DNA from: Diadema antillarum
Lineage: Eukaryota
Direction: 5' to 3'
DNA: 64,000 nt
Assembly: GCF_040938485.1 (NCBI RefSeq)
Contig: NW_027272008.1
Coordinates: 868,001 to 932,000 of the forward strand
The number at the start of each line of letters is the position of its first letter. Position 1 is the first letter of the stretch. The notes beneath the pieces are model-generated. The model was not told the origin of the DNA, did not search any database, and was given only the letters and a program-made list of their open reading frames with translations. Made by a program: the position numbers and the translations under genes. This document shows, piece after piece, positions 38,621 to 52,400 of the stretch.

Positions 38621-38626
38621 AATAAA
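38621..38626 (+). terminator. Candidate polyadenylation signal of TTC37
   Basis: AATAAA about 790 nt after the stop, followed by a T/GT-rich stretch (tatttttttttgttt). Confidence 0.5.
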
Positions 38627-38889
38627 ATACTACAAACCTATATTTTATTGACTATTTTTTTTTGTTTATAGGGGATACTGTGTCTCCTTTCTTACACTCT
38701 GTAGCTAATAGGGTGAATTGAAACACTGATTACTAATAGCCCTATCCTGCAGGAAAATCTACTACAGGGGAACCTTGGTATAACTCATTTCCCCGGCACG
38801 GATGTGTTTTCTTAACACACTTGTCTGTGGAACAACTCACTCTCTATATCTTTGGTGCATTTGAAATTTACTGCATGAGCAATACAATA

Positions 38890-39085
38890 CAGTCAACTCC
38901 CGTTATAACAAAGTCCTCGGAACATGCAGCTTTCTTTCATTACATCGAAATTTTGCTATTACACGTACTGAACAAATAAACTATTAAAAAATATAGAGCT
39001 GATAATGTTGGGGCCGTAATTCATACAAAACTTTCTTGTAACTGGAATTTGTTATAACTGTGTTTGTTATAACGGGAGTGCACTG
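38890..39085. mobile_element. Tigger-like MITE between the convergent genes
   Basis: ta|CAGTCAACTCCCGTTATAAC..GTTATAACGGGAGTGCACTG|ta. Confidence 0.8.
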
Positions 39086-39860
39086 TATGGAACAAAGCTG
39101 AGACAGTGTTGCAATCTCTTTCTTTCAAATGCATACACACATAAACACACACAAGGCAAAATGATGCAAACTTACAGGTGTAGTTAATATTACATATATG
39201 ATATTTAATGTCCATGCCAAAAGCAATGGGAGGAGTATATCAATTTCACTTTACAAGGGAAGAACATCATTATGACAGATTTCTTTCTGCCAAGTACATC
39301 CAGCTCTTTGTTATGTTACAACTAGACAGCCGAAAGCATTGAGCAAAAATATATCAATGTGGGATCTGCCATGAAAAATGTTAAAATCAGTTTATTTAAA
39401 GCATGAAATGAGAAGTCCATTAAGTAAAGAAACTATGAATGCCAATGCGTACGCAAATACAATGCTGTGTACAGTCAATTGAAGAAGACATGATTGGGCC
39501 TGGGCTCAAGCAATAATACTAGTATAGTACGGTGCATCTTGCTACAAGGCACTTCTGGTCTTTTCCAAATCAATCAAATACTTTTGAGTTATGATAGTTC
39601 AATTTATCCTGAAAGGAAATTACTGCATGTATAAATGACATTTTTCAAAATCTTCAAAATGTAAGTGAAATCTTACGAAATAGTATAGAAGTTATGACCA
39701 TCTCAATGTCAGAATTTATATATGTAATGTGATGCCTGTGATCACACTCTCCTTTGTTCATGCAGTCATTATGTTAACTGCATGGGAAAAAAATATTTTC
39801 CAAGTGCTTTATACGTATCATACGTGAATAAAAACCAACAAAACAAGTATTTATCATGTG

Positions 39861-39864
<4 letters not shown>

Positions 39865-39915
<51 letters not shown>
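39865..39915. repeat. (GT)n microsatellite
   Basis: Direct reading. Confidence 0.95.
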
Positions 39916-39917
<2 letters not shown>

Positions 39918-40285
39918 TGTGTATCATGAGTTTGTATGAAGATGCTATACTGATGAATCTGTCAAGGAAGATGCCTTGGAACAAGCCAGCAGCTTTATCA
40001 TGCTGGGATTTGTCTCTTTGACTGAAGTGAATATCTTTTTAAAGAGAGACTCGTGGCGTGAAAGGTGAAGAAATGGCAATGATACTGTAAAATAGCAACA
40101 TACATATGTATTTTCGATGTGAGCTTAAGCCACGGTGTCAATGCCACTTATGTCTAGACCAAGCACAAGATTGAGTATTGAAAGAGAAAAGAGAAAGAAA
40201 GAGAGATAAAGAAGTGGAGCTAGAGAGGAGAGAGAAGATACTGAATATGCAATGTTTGCTGTGCATTCCATAAACGTATCACTGT

Positions 40286-40429
40286 TCATAATTTGAGTTG
40301 GACACCAGACACTTGTTTCTTCTTTTTCTTCTTCTCCTTCAGTCCCTGTACTTGTGTCACGACTTCCTCCTGCAGCTTGCTGAAGAAAGCTTTGGAGGAT
40401 TTCAAATTCCCTCTGGCACTGTCCGTATC
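40286..40429 (-). CDS. MPHOSPH10: MPHOSPH10 exon 9 (last)
   Basis: tccag|[30 protein letters not shown]. Confidence 0.93.
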   Translation of the reverse strand, partial: DTDSARGNLKSSKAFFSKLQEEVVTQVQGLKEKKKKKKQVSGVQLKL

Positions 40430-43400
40430 CTGGATGATGAAATTCAGAGAGGGGAAACACATTTTACATAATTGAAGGAAATTGTATGCTTTCGGGAAAT
40501 GACCGCACTTGATTTGATAATGAACTTTAATTTTTCTGCTAAAGCTGATTACATCTTGACACAAAATGGATCTCTAAACCATTTATATAATGAAGTCAAG
40601 TCATTGGAGAATTTACTCTCTGATCGCATTGTAATCAGACAAAAATATATCTACACAGTATTTAGGTACCTTGTAGAGTCGCAAAGACTTACATCAGTAA
40701 CCCGATTTTGAACATACAGTCAACCTTGCTCAAGTTGACCTCGCATAAGTCAAATAATCACCTAAGTCGAAGGTTTTCTCAGGTCCTCTTCTCTTTGTAT
40801 TCCTTTGATTTTAATCCCTCATAAGTCAAATTTTCTTTTAAGTTGATGCTATTTCTTCAGTCCAAATAGATTCGACTTCATAGGCAAGGTTGACTGTACA
40901 TTGTTTCACCATGACCACAGGGTGTCAACGGACGCACATCAACTGATATTTCAGTTATGCCAAAAGTTGCTCCTATAACATGTGGAGGACTTGCATCCTC
41001 AACACCACTGCGTATTCTTCAAAGTCCCTTACACTGTTCTCAGAATCATTTCTGTCTGCAATTTGTATATCCTGCTGAGCCATACATCATCCATCCTCAA
41101 ATGTTGGTCCACCTTTCCACCTATGAGGGGGTTCACTGAGGGATCAAGCTTAAGTATGTAAAGTATACTTGTATACTTATCCAATAGTGACAAGCCAGTG
41201 GAGTAAAATGTAGACAAAAGGGGCCTGAGCTTATGATCCTAGCAGAATCTTCATCAGAGGCAAAATGACATGTAATTATGGACTACACAAAGCAAGCACA
41301 ATCTGAGGAGGGCTTCTGCTAGGGACACAGAACAATGGAAACAAAGGGGCAGGTTAGAAGTCAAAGGTAGTTAGCCAAACAGTTAAGGAAGGGGGATTAA
41401 AGCAGGGGGGTGAAGAGACAAAGGCAGAGGTGAGCCAGTGATGATCCCAAGGATCATAGGGGTAACCTGTGAAGGGTAAAGATAAATAGAGAGGCAAGAT
41501 AAGGAACAACACATGGATAAGGAATAGGAACAGAGTGAAATGGAAGAGGGCCCTTAACCTGGTGTACAAAGATGTGGCAAAAAAAGAAAGAGAGAGAGAG
41601 AGCCAACCAACAAATAAAAAGTGCAAAACATATCAATGTATATCAAAAATGGTGCTTTACTCTCTTAGGATGTACCCACCTTGATAACAGTCGTGTTGCT
41701 GGAGGGCATCTTGCTGTTCTTTTCCAGCCGAGCGAGGGCAGCCTTTTTGCTGTACTTGTTCCCCATGCCGGGATTCAACTTCTGCACCGCCTTCTCGCGC
41801 TTCAGCCGCTCCTGGGCCCTCGCCCGCTGCTGCTGCTTCTTCCGGCGCAGCTCGCGCTTCTTGTCCGTCAGCGTCTTCTCCGCCTTTCCTTTCAGCTCCC
41901 CTTTCTCCTTGCCCTGAGGATGGCAAACGTTGTGAAGTCATTTTCAAAGTGTGTAAATACTAATTACCACCAGGGATGTGAATACAAAATCTGAGAGTCA
42001 ACCAATCTTAGATAACATCATGGGGGGGGGGGAGTAAAATATTGTAAGATGAGATTGCTTGCCATATTCGTTACATCAACATACTTCTCTATCTGCAGCT
42101 TGTAGTGCCTGAAATGTTACCACAATAAAAATCCCCAATACACACATTTTATATCTTTAATACAGACAGAATCTATTAACTCTTAATGTGCCAGGCCCAA
42201 AACCCCTAATGTGCCAGAGGTTTTTACCTAACGCCAGAACGTTTCGAAACTGGACTGACAATGAAATTTATAACCGCCATATCTCTGAAACTATTGACTG
42301 TTCTGAATTGAGTTCTACACAACATATATCAAGAAATGTTTGTTCTTTCGTGTCATGCAGTCAGTTTGCCACAATATCTATCTGAACCTGAAATATTGCA
42401 GAAATAATTGATACATCAAAAAAATAAGAAGAAATATTTGTGTAGTATGGAAAAAAAGAGTCAGTCATGTTTTTTCTTCAATGAAACGCTCCCTTGACTC
42501 TGTGAGAAAGGTTTAGAGCAACATCTCCTCTTTCAAATGATAACAAAATTGCCTTCTAGAATTGTATGATTCCAAAGATAATAGCAGTTTATTTTGTCTT
42601 GGCAATTTCTCTTTCTGCCTCAGTAATTCATTCCCAAATCTGAGTCCTTTAGTCCCAGATCCTGTATTTGAAACTAAAGTAATTGTCCCGGGCCCTGGAA
42701 TAGTGTCTTTTGTCCACCTGAGAAGGAAGAACCTGCTAATCCTCCTTTTGTCTAAGCAGACTGCGGGAGGGCGTACTCTATTGAAATCGGCAGGCCTTTG
42801 TCCACGCGCAATTCCTATGCTAGCGTGGGGACGATTAGTGACGTTCACCAAAACAAAAGGATGAAAGACTTGACTGACAAACGAAAGCTGACCCTTTCTG
42901 AGGGACAAAGTCAAAGCAGCTTCCGGCAGGACAGTAGGCCAAGCGGAACAATGCGAGTGGAACCGCATAGACAATACACGCAGATTCAATAGCATACACA
43001 CGCGTGGTTTACCTATGAGACTTTTGATCCTTACACATCTCGCATCTAGCTGAAAAATTGTGTATTTACTCAAAATTTTCCAATGTAAGCATGCTCATAT
43101 TTTTAGTGGAAACGATGGCTATGTTAATCAGCTACCAGTACATATCATTGGCAGTTGCTTGGTGTAACACATTATGGTACCAAGGAACTTAAATGATTAA
43201 CGCTTTTCTTGCTCTTCTTAGTCGCCGATCGGCGACCATGGCACGTCAGGACTAAGGTCGCCGTTCGGCAACCATGGCACGTTAAGAGTTAAAAGTATGT
43301 TAATCCTAAGTTTTATATATAGAGAGAAAGAGCCGGGGACTACAGGAGGTCACCTGAATTTCTTCTGGAGCCAGGAGGGAGGATTCAGTGACAGTGAGGG

Positions 43401-46400
43401 GGATGACCTCTTCCATGGAGATGGCCGGGGTGTTGGTGATGACCTTGACCTCTGGCCGGACAGGCTTGGGTGTGAAGTGGTGTTGGGAGAGTGCGTCCAG
43501 CTTCATGAAGAGAGATTTCATCGACCTCTTGATGTCGGCGTGCATCGGGTCCTCCTTCTCTTCTGTTTGTCCTTGCTAGATCATATAAAAGTCGGAAGAA
43601 AACAAAAATAAAGCAAAAGGAAATGGTGAATCTCATATTTTCCTTTCTTCTGCTTCCTCGAGTGTGGCAGTGTATGTTTCGGGATGTTGCTCAAAGGAAG
43701 ACCTTATTCTACAAATCAGTAGCGGAGGACTTGAATGAATCCTTTTATTTGTGCTAATGATATACCATTCAGTGAAGAAGTCTACTGCTCTTGACTAAGA
43801 AGAGCATGGAAAGAAAATCAAGCAAGTTTTTTTCACTCTTTATGCACACATTTTCAGAGACTGTTGCACTCATGATTGGTTTCATTCTACTCTGCCACTT
43901 GCAATTCTATAGAAAAGTGGGGGAAGGAGGTCCTTTAAGAACTACATGCTAAAATTCCCATATCCATGCATGCCATGTGGACATTGTCTACATGGGGAAT
44001 TAAAGTTCATGCTGTCTTGCCATTAGAGGGCATTCTAAAGGAATTAGATGCATGCTACCATAGGCAAAGCCAAGGTAATGAATATGTCAATAAAAGTCTA
44101 AAGAAAACAGAGCCATTTATGCACAAGCAAAGCTTTAGGCACCCTTCTTGTGTGGACCCACATTCCTGGAACCGGGATCTGAGACGGGAGCTGTACCTGA
44201 GTCTGTTTGATGAACTCTTGCTCGTAGATCTCCCCCAGGCTGAGCTTGCTCTTCTCCTGGTCCAGTGTGATGCGCTTCTTGAACTCGTAGGCCTCCTCCT
44301 TGGGCTTGGTCTTGCGCTGGACGTCGTCCCAGGCCTGGTCCAGGACCCGCTGCTTGATGATGTCCTCCAGAGTTCGGGTGGTCTCCTCCGTGATGATGGG
44401 AGCTGTGTGCAATTGGCGATGGCAAGATGAGAAAAAACATCTTCAGAAATTTCACAAGAATGAGGATAATGAAAAAAAAAAGAAGCTTTCTGAAAGAATG
44501 CCTGAATGCTCAATCTATACCTTCAAATACACAAGTTTGTAATTCCACTTTGCACACGAGCAGAAAAAGGTCATTTATACCAACAGGCACGTTGGTTTGT
44601 AAATTCACTGAGATAAGCATCTGTGATGTGATGATTATTTATGTGATCTTTACAAATAATGCTTTCTAGCACATCAACCAGACAGTAAGCCTGGTATTTG
44701 GCAGTATTACTAGAAAAAATATATATATCTTTATATATCAAAAAAATATATATCTTCATATATTATTATTAAGGGAAAACAATGAAATATACACTTCCCC
44801 AGGTGTTAATTGACAGATCATTTTGGTAACCTGCTCTGCACAGGTTTATTCTTTGTTTGAACATGAACTCTATAAATTGTTACGTCAGGCAAGCTTATGC
44901 ATTATGCTGCTTTCAGAATAAGTGAAGTGCCTAGCCAACTGAGAAAAAAAGAACAAGTACACTTGTAAAGCATCATAGCACTGAGATGACTTCAGGGATG
45001 CCATCCTACCTGGCCTTGTTGTCACATCAAAATCCAGATTCTCCTCCAAGAGACTGTTCTCCGGCCTCTTTGCAGCTCCGACCTCCCCAACAAGCTGCCA
45101 GGACTTCTCGGCAATGTTACCCTGCTCCAGTTCACTGATTCTCTGTCGCAACTGCGTGTAGCAAAGTCACAGATGATGTGATATAGGGTGAAACACATGG
45201 CATTTAGACTTAAATCTTAACGTTTGCCTAACGCTGGCCTGTTACATAAACAGCATTGATATTATTGCATGTTGCAGTAACTAGTTACCATGGCAGCTGC
45301 CAGGAAACAACCAATCAGCTGTAAGCATTTCAGCCATTGCCACCATATCTTGCAATGCTGCAACTTAAAGTTCTGCAAACATCTTTATGAAACAGGCCTC
45401 AGTATGACTAAATAATTATATTATCAAGACACAATTTACATATGTAAAACATAAAGATAGTATACAAATGGTGAATGGTCACGAGTGCGATGGCACAAGA
45501 TTTTGCATTTGGTGAAAGACGGAGGTGCTCTACTCCATGAGGCAAAGCCAAGTTGAATAGTGCGCCTTACCTTTCACCCAGTGTGAAATCTTGTTCCATT
45601 GCACGAGTAAAGACCATACACTATTTGTTTTATACAACACCTCGGACGTCAACAGATGTACAATGTAGTCCACACAGATTCTTGAATTTAGCACAGAAAT
45701 GGCAACTATTTTTGTGATGATGGCGAATGAGTAGCTGCACAGTCACATTCAGTCATCAAGTGTTAAGTACGTACATGAAACTGTATCGGTGGAAGTTATT
45801 TACAAAAATGAGTAACAAAAGTATGTGCTTTTTCTAAAACCTTAGAGAAAACTAGCAATATTGAAATGGGATGATAATTGGAAACATCATCTTTCTTCCC
45901 TTTCTTATAAATAGGCACTAACCTGGCAACTTTTAATTTGTCTGCCTAATCAGTGGCAATTTTTTGTACAAAAACTGCTGATTCATAGTCGATAAAAAGA
46001 AAATAACGACTAAAACCAGATGAGTGGATATAGGCGATTGATGCTTCCACTGTTTGCAGTCTTGCCGCATCAGACATATCGCTTTATGGCAAAGGCAACA
46101 TTCTCGCCGCATCAGACATATTGCTCTATAGCAAAGGCAATATTCTTGCCGCATCTGACGTTTTAATAGCGTTACAGCAACGACAAAAGCTGCATCCTCT
46201 GCCTAGTCTATAGGCTAGTTTAGAGGCTGTCCACCAATACACATTGACATAGACAGCAGGTTTAGATACCAGTCATCAATGTATTTTTGACAAAGCAGGT
46301 TTAGATGCCGTTCATTGATACCTTTTCTTGACGCTTTTCAAAGGAAGACTGCTCCCCTCCATCTTTTCTCTTCTTCTGAGGCCCTCCCAAGATGTCTCCA

Positions 46401-49400
46401 TAGTCCTCCCCCTCACTCTCACTGCTTCCTCCAAACAAGTTGTCCTTGTTCCCTGTGGCTGAGGACTTCCTCAGCTCCTCCAGTAAGTCCTCATCTGCAT
46501 CTTCAAAGCTTGATGATTGTGGGCGAAAACGGAATAGGAATTTGAAACATCCATGGGTTTTAAGTTATGTTTCGACATACACAGTAACAGTGCAAGAAAA
46601 TGACCATGAATACAATTTCCCTTGTGTGAGCACTAGAGTGGTAAAAGGCTTGGATCATAGTTCAAAGAGGTAAACAACTTTGTCGACCTAAGAAACCCCA
46701 GACAACATCACACACAAATGTAATACTGTCTGTGATCTTAAGATGTCAGATATGTGTGCCAAATCACTTCTGGTATACATGAGTATGACCTCATGAGCTA
46801 ACTCAACTTGCTAGTAAGTTTTGTCTCCCAGACATTAATACATAAATTACAATTAAACCCGTCTCTAGCAGCCACCCAAGGGAGACTAAAAAGTGGCCGT
46901 TACAGACAGGTGGCCACTGTAGACAGATATTCAATATGCTTTTTCTCTCAGAGAGAATTGTTTTTAGTGGTCATATACGGCAGGTGGCCACTATACAACT
47001 AACGAAATTATGGTAAGTCAAGGTGGTTGCTAAGACAGATTTGATTGTACCATGATTTTGTTGTACACAAGCAATGTCTTCAATGGATGGACAAACAATA
47101 TGCAATTACCACTTGTCTTACAGAACATGACTGATGCAAAGCAAAACAGGAACTCTGGTTCATACAAGCATTTTGCAATTGTAGTTTCAGCAAAATACAG
47201 AATTGACACAATACCTTTCCTCATCAAAATCTTTCTCCTTTTCTTGGCCACCATGTACATCCTCTTCCTTGTCTTTGTCTTCCTTATCCTCTTCTTCAAG
47301 GAAATGTACTTTCTTCTTTGTTGGCTTATTCTGGACTTGAGTTCCTGGCTCACTGAAGAAATCACTGTACATGAAATCCCTTGAACTCTTTTTCTGTTCA
47401 GTCAGAAAAAAAAACAAAAACAAAAAGCCATAAACAATATACAAATGCTACTCCAAACAGGCAGAGCCATCATCTTTTGATATTCATACACACACTGTAT
47501 CTAGGCCACGAAAGACAAGCATGCAAAACATGCTATCCCATTCCCCAGTTCACGGACAGATTTCATCTGCTGGACTTTGACAGACTTCCCTTATATCTTG
47601 CAGGGATTACAATAACACCTTGACTTGCAAATATAAATGTATTTATGAACAGATAAAACAGTTTATGAATAATAAATCAATGAACAAATAAATGATTGAA
47701 TGAACAAATGAATGAATAATTCATAAATCAACGAAAAAATCAAAATATGAGGCAGAATATTCCAAACCCTTGAAGGAAAATGCTTTCAGACAGAACATAA
47801 TTATTCTGGTTGTGAAAACTGATTGCAACCCATTGATGGGCTAAGTGACAGTGAATCATTTAAAGTTCACTCGTCAGTCCTTTGCACGGATCTCACATAA
47901 CACAAACTGCATGCAGATCCATCATACACTGAAAATGCACATACATGTACACTAGTACTGTACCTTTCCTGCTGCTATCTGACGTTCGTCTTCATCTGAC
48001 GATGCATCATCAAAATAGTCCACCATTTCATCGTCGTCTTCCTCCCCCTCATCCTCCTCCCCCTCCTCATCATCACCACCAGGCTTCCCTCCCGCTTCTC
48101 TCCGCTCCATCTGTCGAAGGCGCTTTGCCTCCCTGGCGTCCTCCATCTCCAGAAACCTCTCCATGTCATCAAGTTTGAAAAACATGTCATCCACGACTGA
48201 AGACTTAGTCCTTCCCTTACCACTATGTGCAGTGTCCTCTTTCACTGAAACTTTTCCTCTCAGTTTAGTCCTGGATTGCAGCGAATCTATGTCGAAATTG
48301 GTGTCGGACTCGTCACTGTCATCGAAATCCTCACCATCCTTTCTGTGTCTAGTTCTTTGAATGTCCGCGTCAGACACGTCAGGATCTTCTTCACCGTCAT
48401 CCTGATCATCTGAATGTTCATCCTCATCCTCTGTATGGTCACTCTCATCCGTTTCTCCCTCCTCGCCTTGTGACACCATTTCTTGCCTTCGTGCATGTCG
48501 CTGACTGCTGCTTCCTGCCACGGACTTGGAGACACGCTTCAGAAGACTGTTAATGCATGGTTCATTCTGCAGCTCAAGCTCCTGCCATATCTGCTCCTCG
48601 TCAAAGCCTTCTGTGATGAGCTCGGAGAGTGGGTTTGACGAACCAATGGTTTCTCGGCCATGACTTGCAGCCTCGTCAAACAGGGACTTGGTGCAGGATG
48701 TGAGAACAGCTTCATGCTTTGGCTGACAACTGTAATCATATCAATTATATAGTACATAAGGTTATTGTGATTGCCTATATTATACAGTGTGTATAGACTA
48801 CGCACAAGCAGTATTGTAAATCATAAATTTGAAAGCACTGATTAACTGATATGACATTGCTGACGCAGGTTTGTGAAACATAATCATTATTACACAGCCT
48901 ATTACAAGCAGCATTACTGTCTAGGATCTTAAAACTAACATATTTCCAGTTTTCAGCAACAGTGCTATCAAACACTGAAAAACAGAAATTGTAATCTACA
49001 TGTAAGAGTAAGCCCTTCTTCTTCTTCTAAATCTACAAAAGGGCTTTGTAGCCCATCACAAAGATCAACTTGACCTGCATACTGTAAAATGAGGAATGTT
49101 TACGTGCATTCTAATTTTGTGAGAGCCAAGATCCGTGAAATTAAAATGCATGCGAAGTCTCTTGTCTACACTATATGCATTGAATGCCAGAGGCACTTCA
49201 CAAATATTTCATGCCAGGAAAAAGGCAGTTGGCTCCAATTCGCGAAAATTACAGTACCTGGTGGGAGCTGGTACTTCTTGTTTTTGAGGAGGAACGTGTT
49301 CCTGCTCATACTACGTCCCTTCTATCTAGGGACAGTGGTTAAACATCCCTTTCCCCCACCCCCCTTCACAGCGGTGTCCCTGAGTACGAGTCTATGACAC

Positions 49401-52400
49401 ATTGCTGCAGATTTTCACGGACTCCGCTGGTCTCCCGAGGAGAATCGTAAATTAATAAATTGTGCAAAAAATATGGTAATCATGTACAAATGCACACCAT
49501 GCACACCTACCATTTCCTTCCTTAATTTGTCAATGAAAACTTCTTGTGGCTATCAGAAATGTCAAGATGGACCTTATCTGACGGTTTCATGAAATTTCAT
49601 AGTCAATTACAGAAGAAAAGTAGCTAATTTTGACTCAAAAGTACGCCGATCGACGGCTGTGTCAGTGTAGCATGATGAATGATCGATTATGTGGAAGAGC
49701 GACGATAATCGACGATAATCGATCGTTGTAGTCTGTGATACAGCCGCTTGTTTGGTGTTTGACCACAATAATTACGTCGGCTCGACAGTAAAATGTGGAA
49801 GAAAGAAAGTGATCTTGATGCATCTGTTTTTTATCGTTTTAGTTAATTTTCTCCTGCATGTGACTGTATATCTGTCAACATTTTTTGCTGACTAAATGAT
49901 GGACGGATCACGTACAAAACAGTAAAAGATATATGACAAATTAAATGGGAATTATCCATCATGAATATTGCACAATAAAATGGATTTTTACTACAAAACA
50001 AAAGCAAATACTGGGGTTGCAGTTTTTATATACATAATTTAAAAAATGAAATGGAAAAATAAATACTATCATGAAAACGATTACTTTCTACTATCCCTAA
50101 GATGAACTTATCAATTAAAAACATATTACCATTTTAATTTCAATATTCTGTTTCTTTTTAGGTAAAATGAGCACTTATTGAGAAGTCCACAATGTAAACA
50201 TACACTTTTTGTAATACTTTTCTCTTTAATTTATTAAATTAGGCCTATAAATTAATTATGTAGATTACTAGAAACAAATCCCCTTTGAATATAACTTCCT
50301 TCTCATCTTTTCTCTCTCTTTCTCTCTCCCTCCTAAATAGCCTAAGGGCAATTCCGCAGTTAGGTGGACATGACATGGATAAAAGAAATGTGCCTCTTTA
50401 TCTTACTCTTTAATCTAGGTATCAACTAATGCCATGGATGTTCACCAATTATTAAGGTCTTTCAAATTCAGTAGATTTTATCTTTCATATTGATCGATTT
50501 CGCGAGATCTAAAACCATCATTTAAAATGTACATGTGGGACTGGGGATGCTGAAATTCACTTAAATGCAAATTACAGTGGGTTCCTTTAACATTTTTTCC
50601 TCAAAGTTTTGCTAAAGGGTAAAAGATAAATACATTTAAATACTCCAGAAGTCATGTGACATTTTGTCAATTACAAAAGGGTGAAATGACCTGCGGAATT
50701 TCTCCGGACAAATGTAACGTTACTAACCGTAACATTACTATCCATGCTTTTGGGGGTCTAGCTAAGAAATTATTGGTCGAACTGCTAAAAAACATTGTGT
50801 GAACATTTGTCATGATGCAATAATTGAAATTAATGCAACACTTTGTTTGAAGTAACTTGAATTTTTGCACACTTTTTGTTACAAGACATCGATATTTTTG
50901 TCATGTCCTTTTTTCGTAACGTTACTAACCAGCCCTTTAAGTTGCCATAGCAATGCTATTATTTCTTGGATTGTATTCATTCTTTTCTGTATCATAAACC
51001 TGGGAATGATGAACATGTTTTTGACATAATTTTGGCTTGAAATGAATAAATGGTAATTTAGTAGTAAAAACAAATATCTAAATTTGTTCAAATGTAACGT
51101 TACTAACCGCGGAATTGCCCCTAACCTTTTTCTTCCACTTTTCCTTCAACCTCATTCTATTCCCTTCAACACTACTCAAATTATTATTATCAACTTTGTC
51201 ATGATGAAATCAATACTTGCCACAATTTTTAAAGAAAGGATCGATGTCTAAATCCTGGTATGAATAATCTGTATCAATAATATTATTGAATAGTGATAAT
51301 CATGATAGTGGCAATGAAAACAAAGAACTATCACAATAGCTCACTTGAGCCTTCAACTCAGGTGAGCTAACAATAAGAAAAAAATATGAAAAAGAAAGTA
51401 GGAGCTACACGTATTGCACGAGTCAAGTTCAATATTGTAGTAAGCGGCTAATTAGAGACTACCAGAATCGATTATAATAGTTGACATCGTTCTCTGCGAG
51501 ACTATGTTCGCGACCGACGTACTTTTCAACTCCGATTTCTCATTTTTCTTACCTTTTCGGCTTTCTAATTCCATGAAAACTCTCTGATATGGTTCAATTT
51601 AGCATCTCCAATAGCTGCACAAAATTTGATCGACAAACAGCGAAGCGAACGGTATAGGTGTGCATTTCTACATGATTACCAAAAATATTATAAAACTCCA
51701 GACTTATAAAACAGACTGATTTTTTCTGTCTATATTATTGTCTTGTCTTGTCGGTACTGCACCAACCGCCGCTGCTGGGCAATAAACATGCAGTCCCTCA
51801 TGCATACAGTTGCGGGACTTTAAAATCTTGTTTTGGACAAACAAGATTTAAAAGTATCGATATTGATTGCAGATTTTGTTTCAGCTGGCAGTGTGTTCCA
51901 AATTGGGATTGTCCTTGGGTAAAGTGAGTGATGATAACAATCTTTGTTGGTCTGAATAGTGTTGTAATTCAAGGATCGATTTGACCTGGTCGCTGGTTGA
52001 CTTCTGGCATTCCTTTTTTAAGAATAGGGGGTCTAGATGATTTATGTTTGACGGAATTAAACAGTCAATAAATTTACTGACACTCGAGTAAGAGTTGAAG
52101 TTAGGTTCTAAATTTACACCGCGGCGTAGAGTAGGCGCAGCAGTCAATGTCAAGCTACTCTACTACTAGTAAATTAGTTTCAATTTACTCTAGATCTACT
52201 AGAAACCCTACTGATATATCATTATGAATATGATTATAATTTATGAGACACGCGACACAACAGCAAGTGCATGTGTACAACACATTTTTATATATATGGG
52301 ACTACACGTGCAGGTAGAGAGGCATGTCGGCACTTAAAACACATTAATCTAATTCTATCAACAGTCTTCATACTTCATAAAAATAGGCAATGATACCACA

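Noticed and set aside
51553-51600. Alternative MPHOSPH10 first exon (strong minus-strand AAG|gtaaga donor)
   Set aside because: The phase-compatible frame has an upstream stop and no ATG, it lies in a repeat, and 52413-52489 fits the protein far better.
51881-52153. 90-aa minus-strand ORF in intron 1
   Set aside because: No recognisable domain or splice context; length is compatible with chance.
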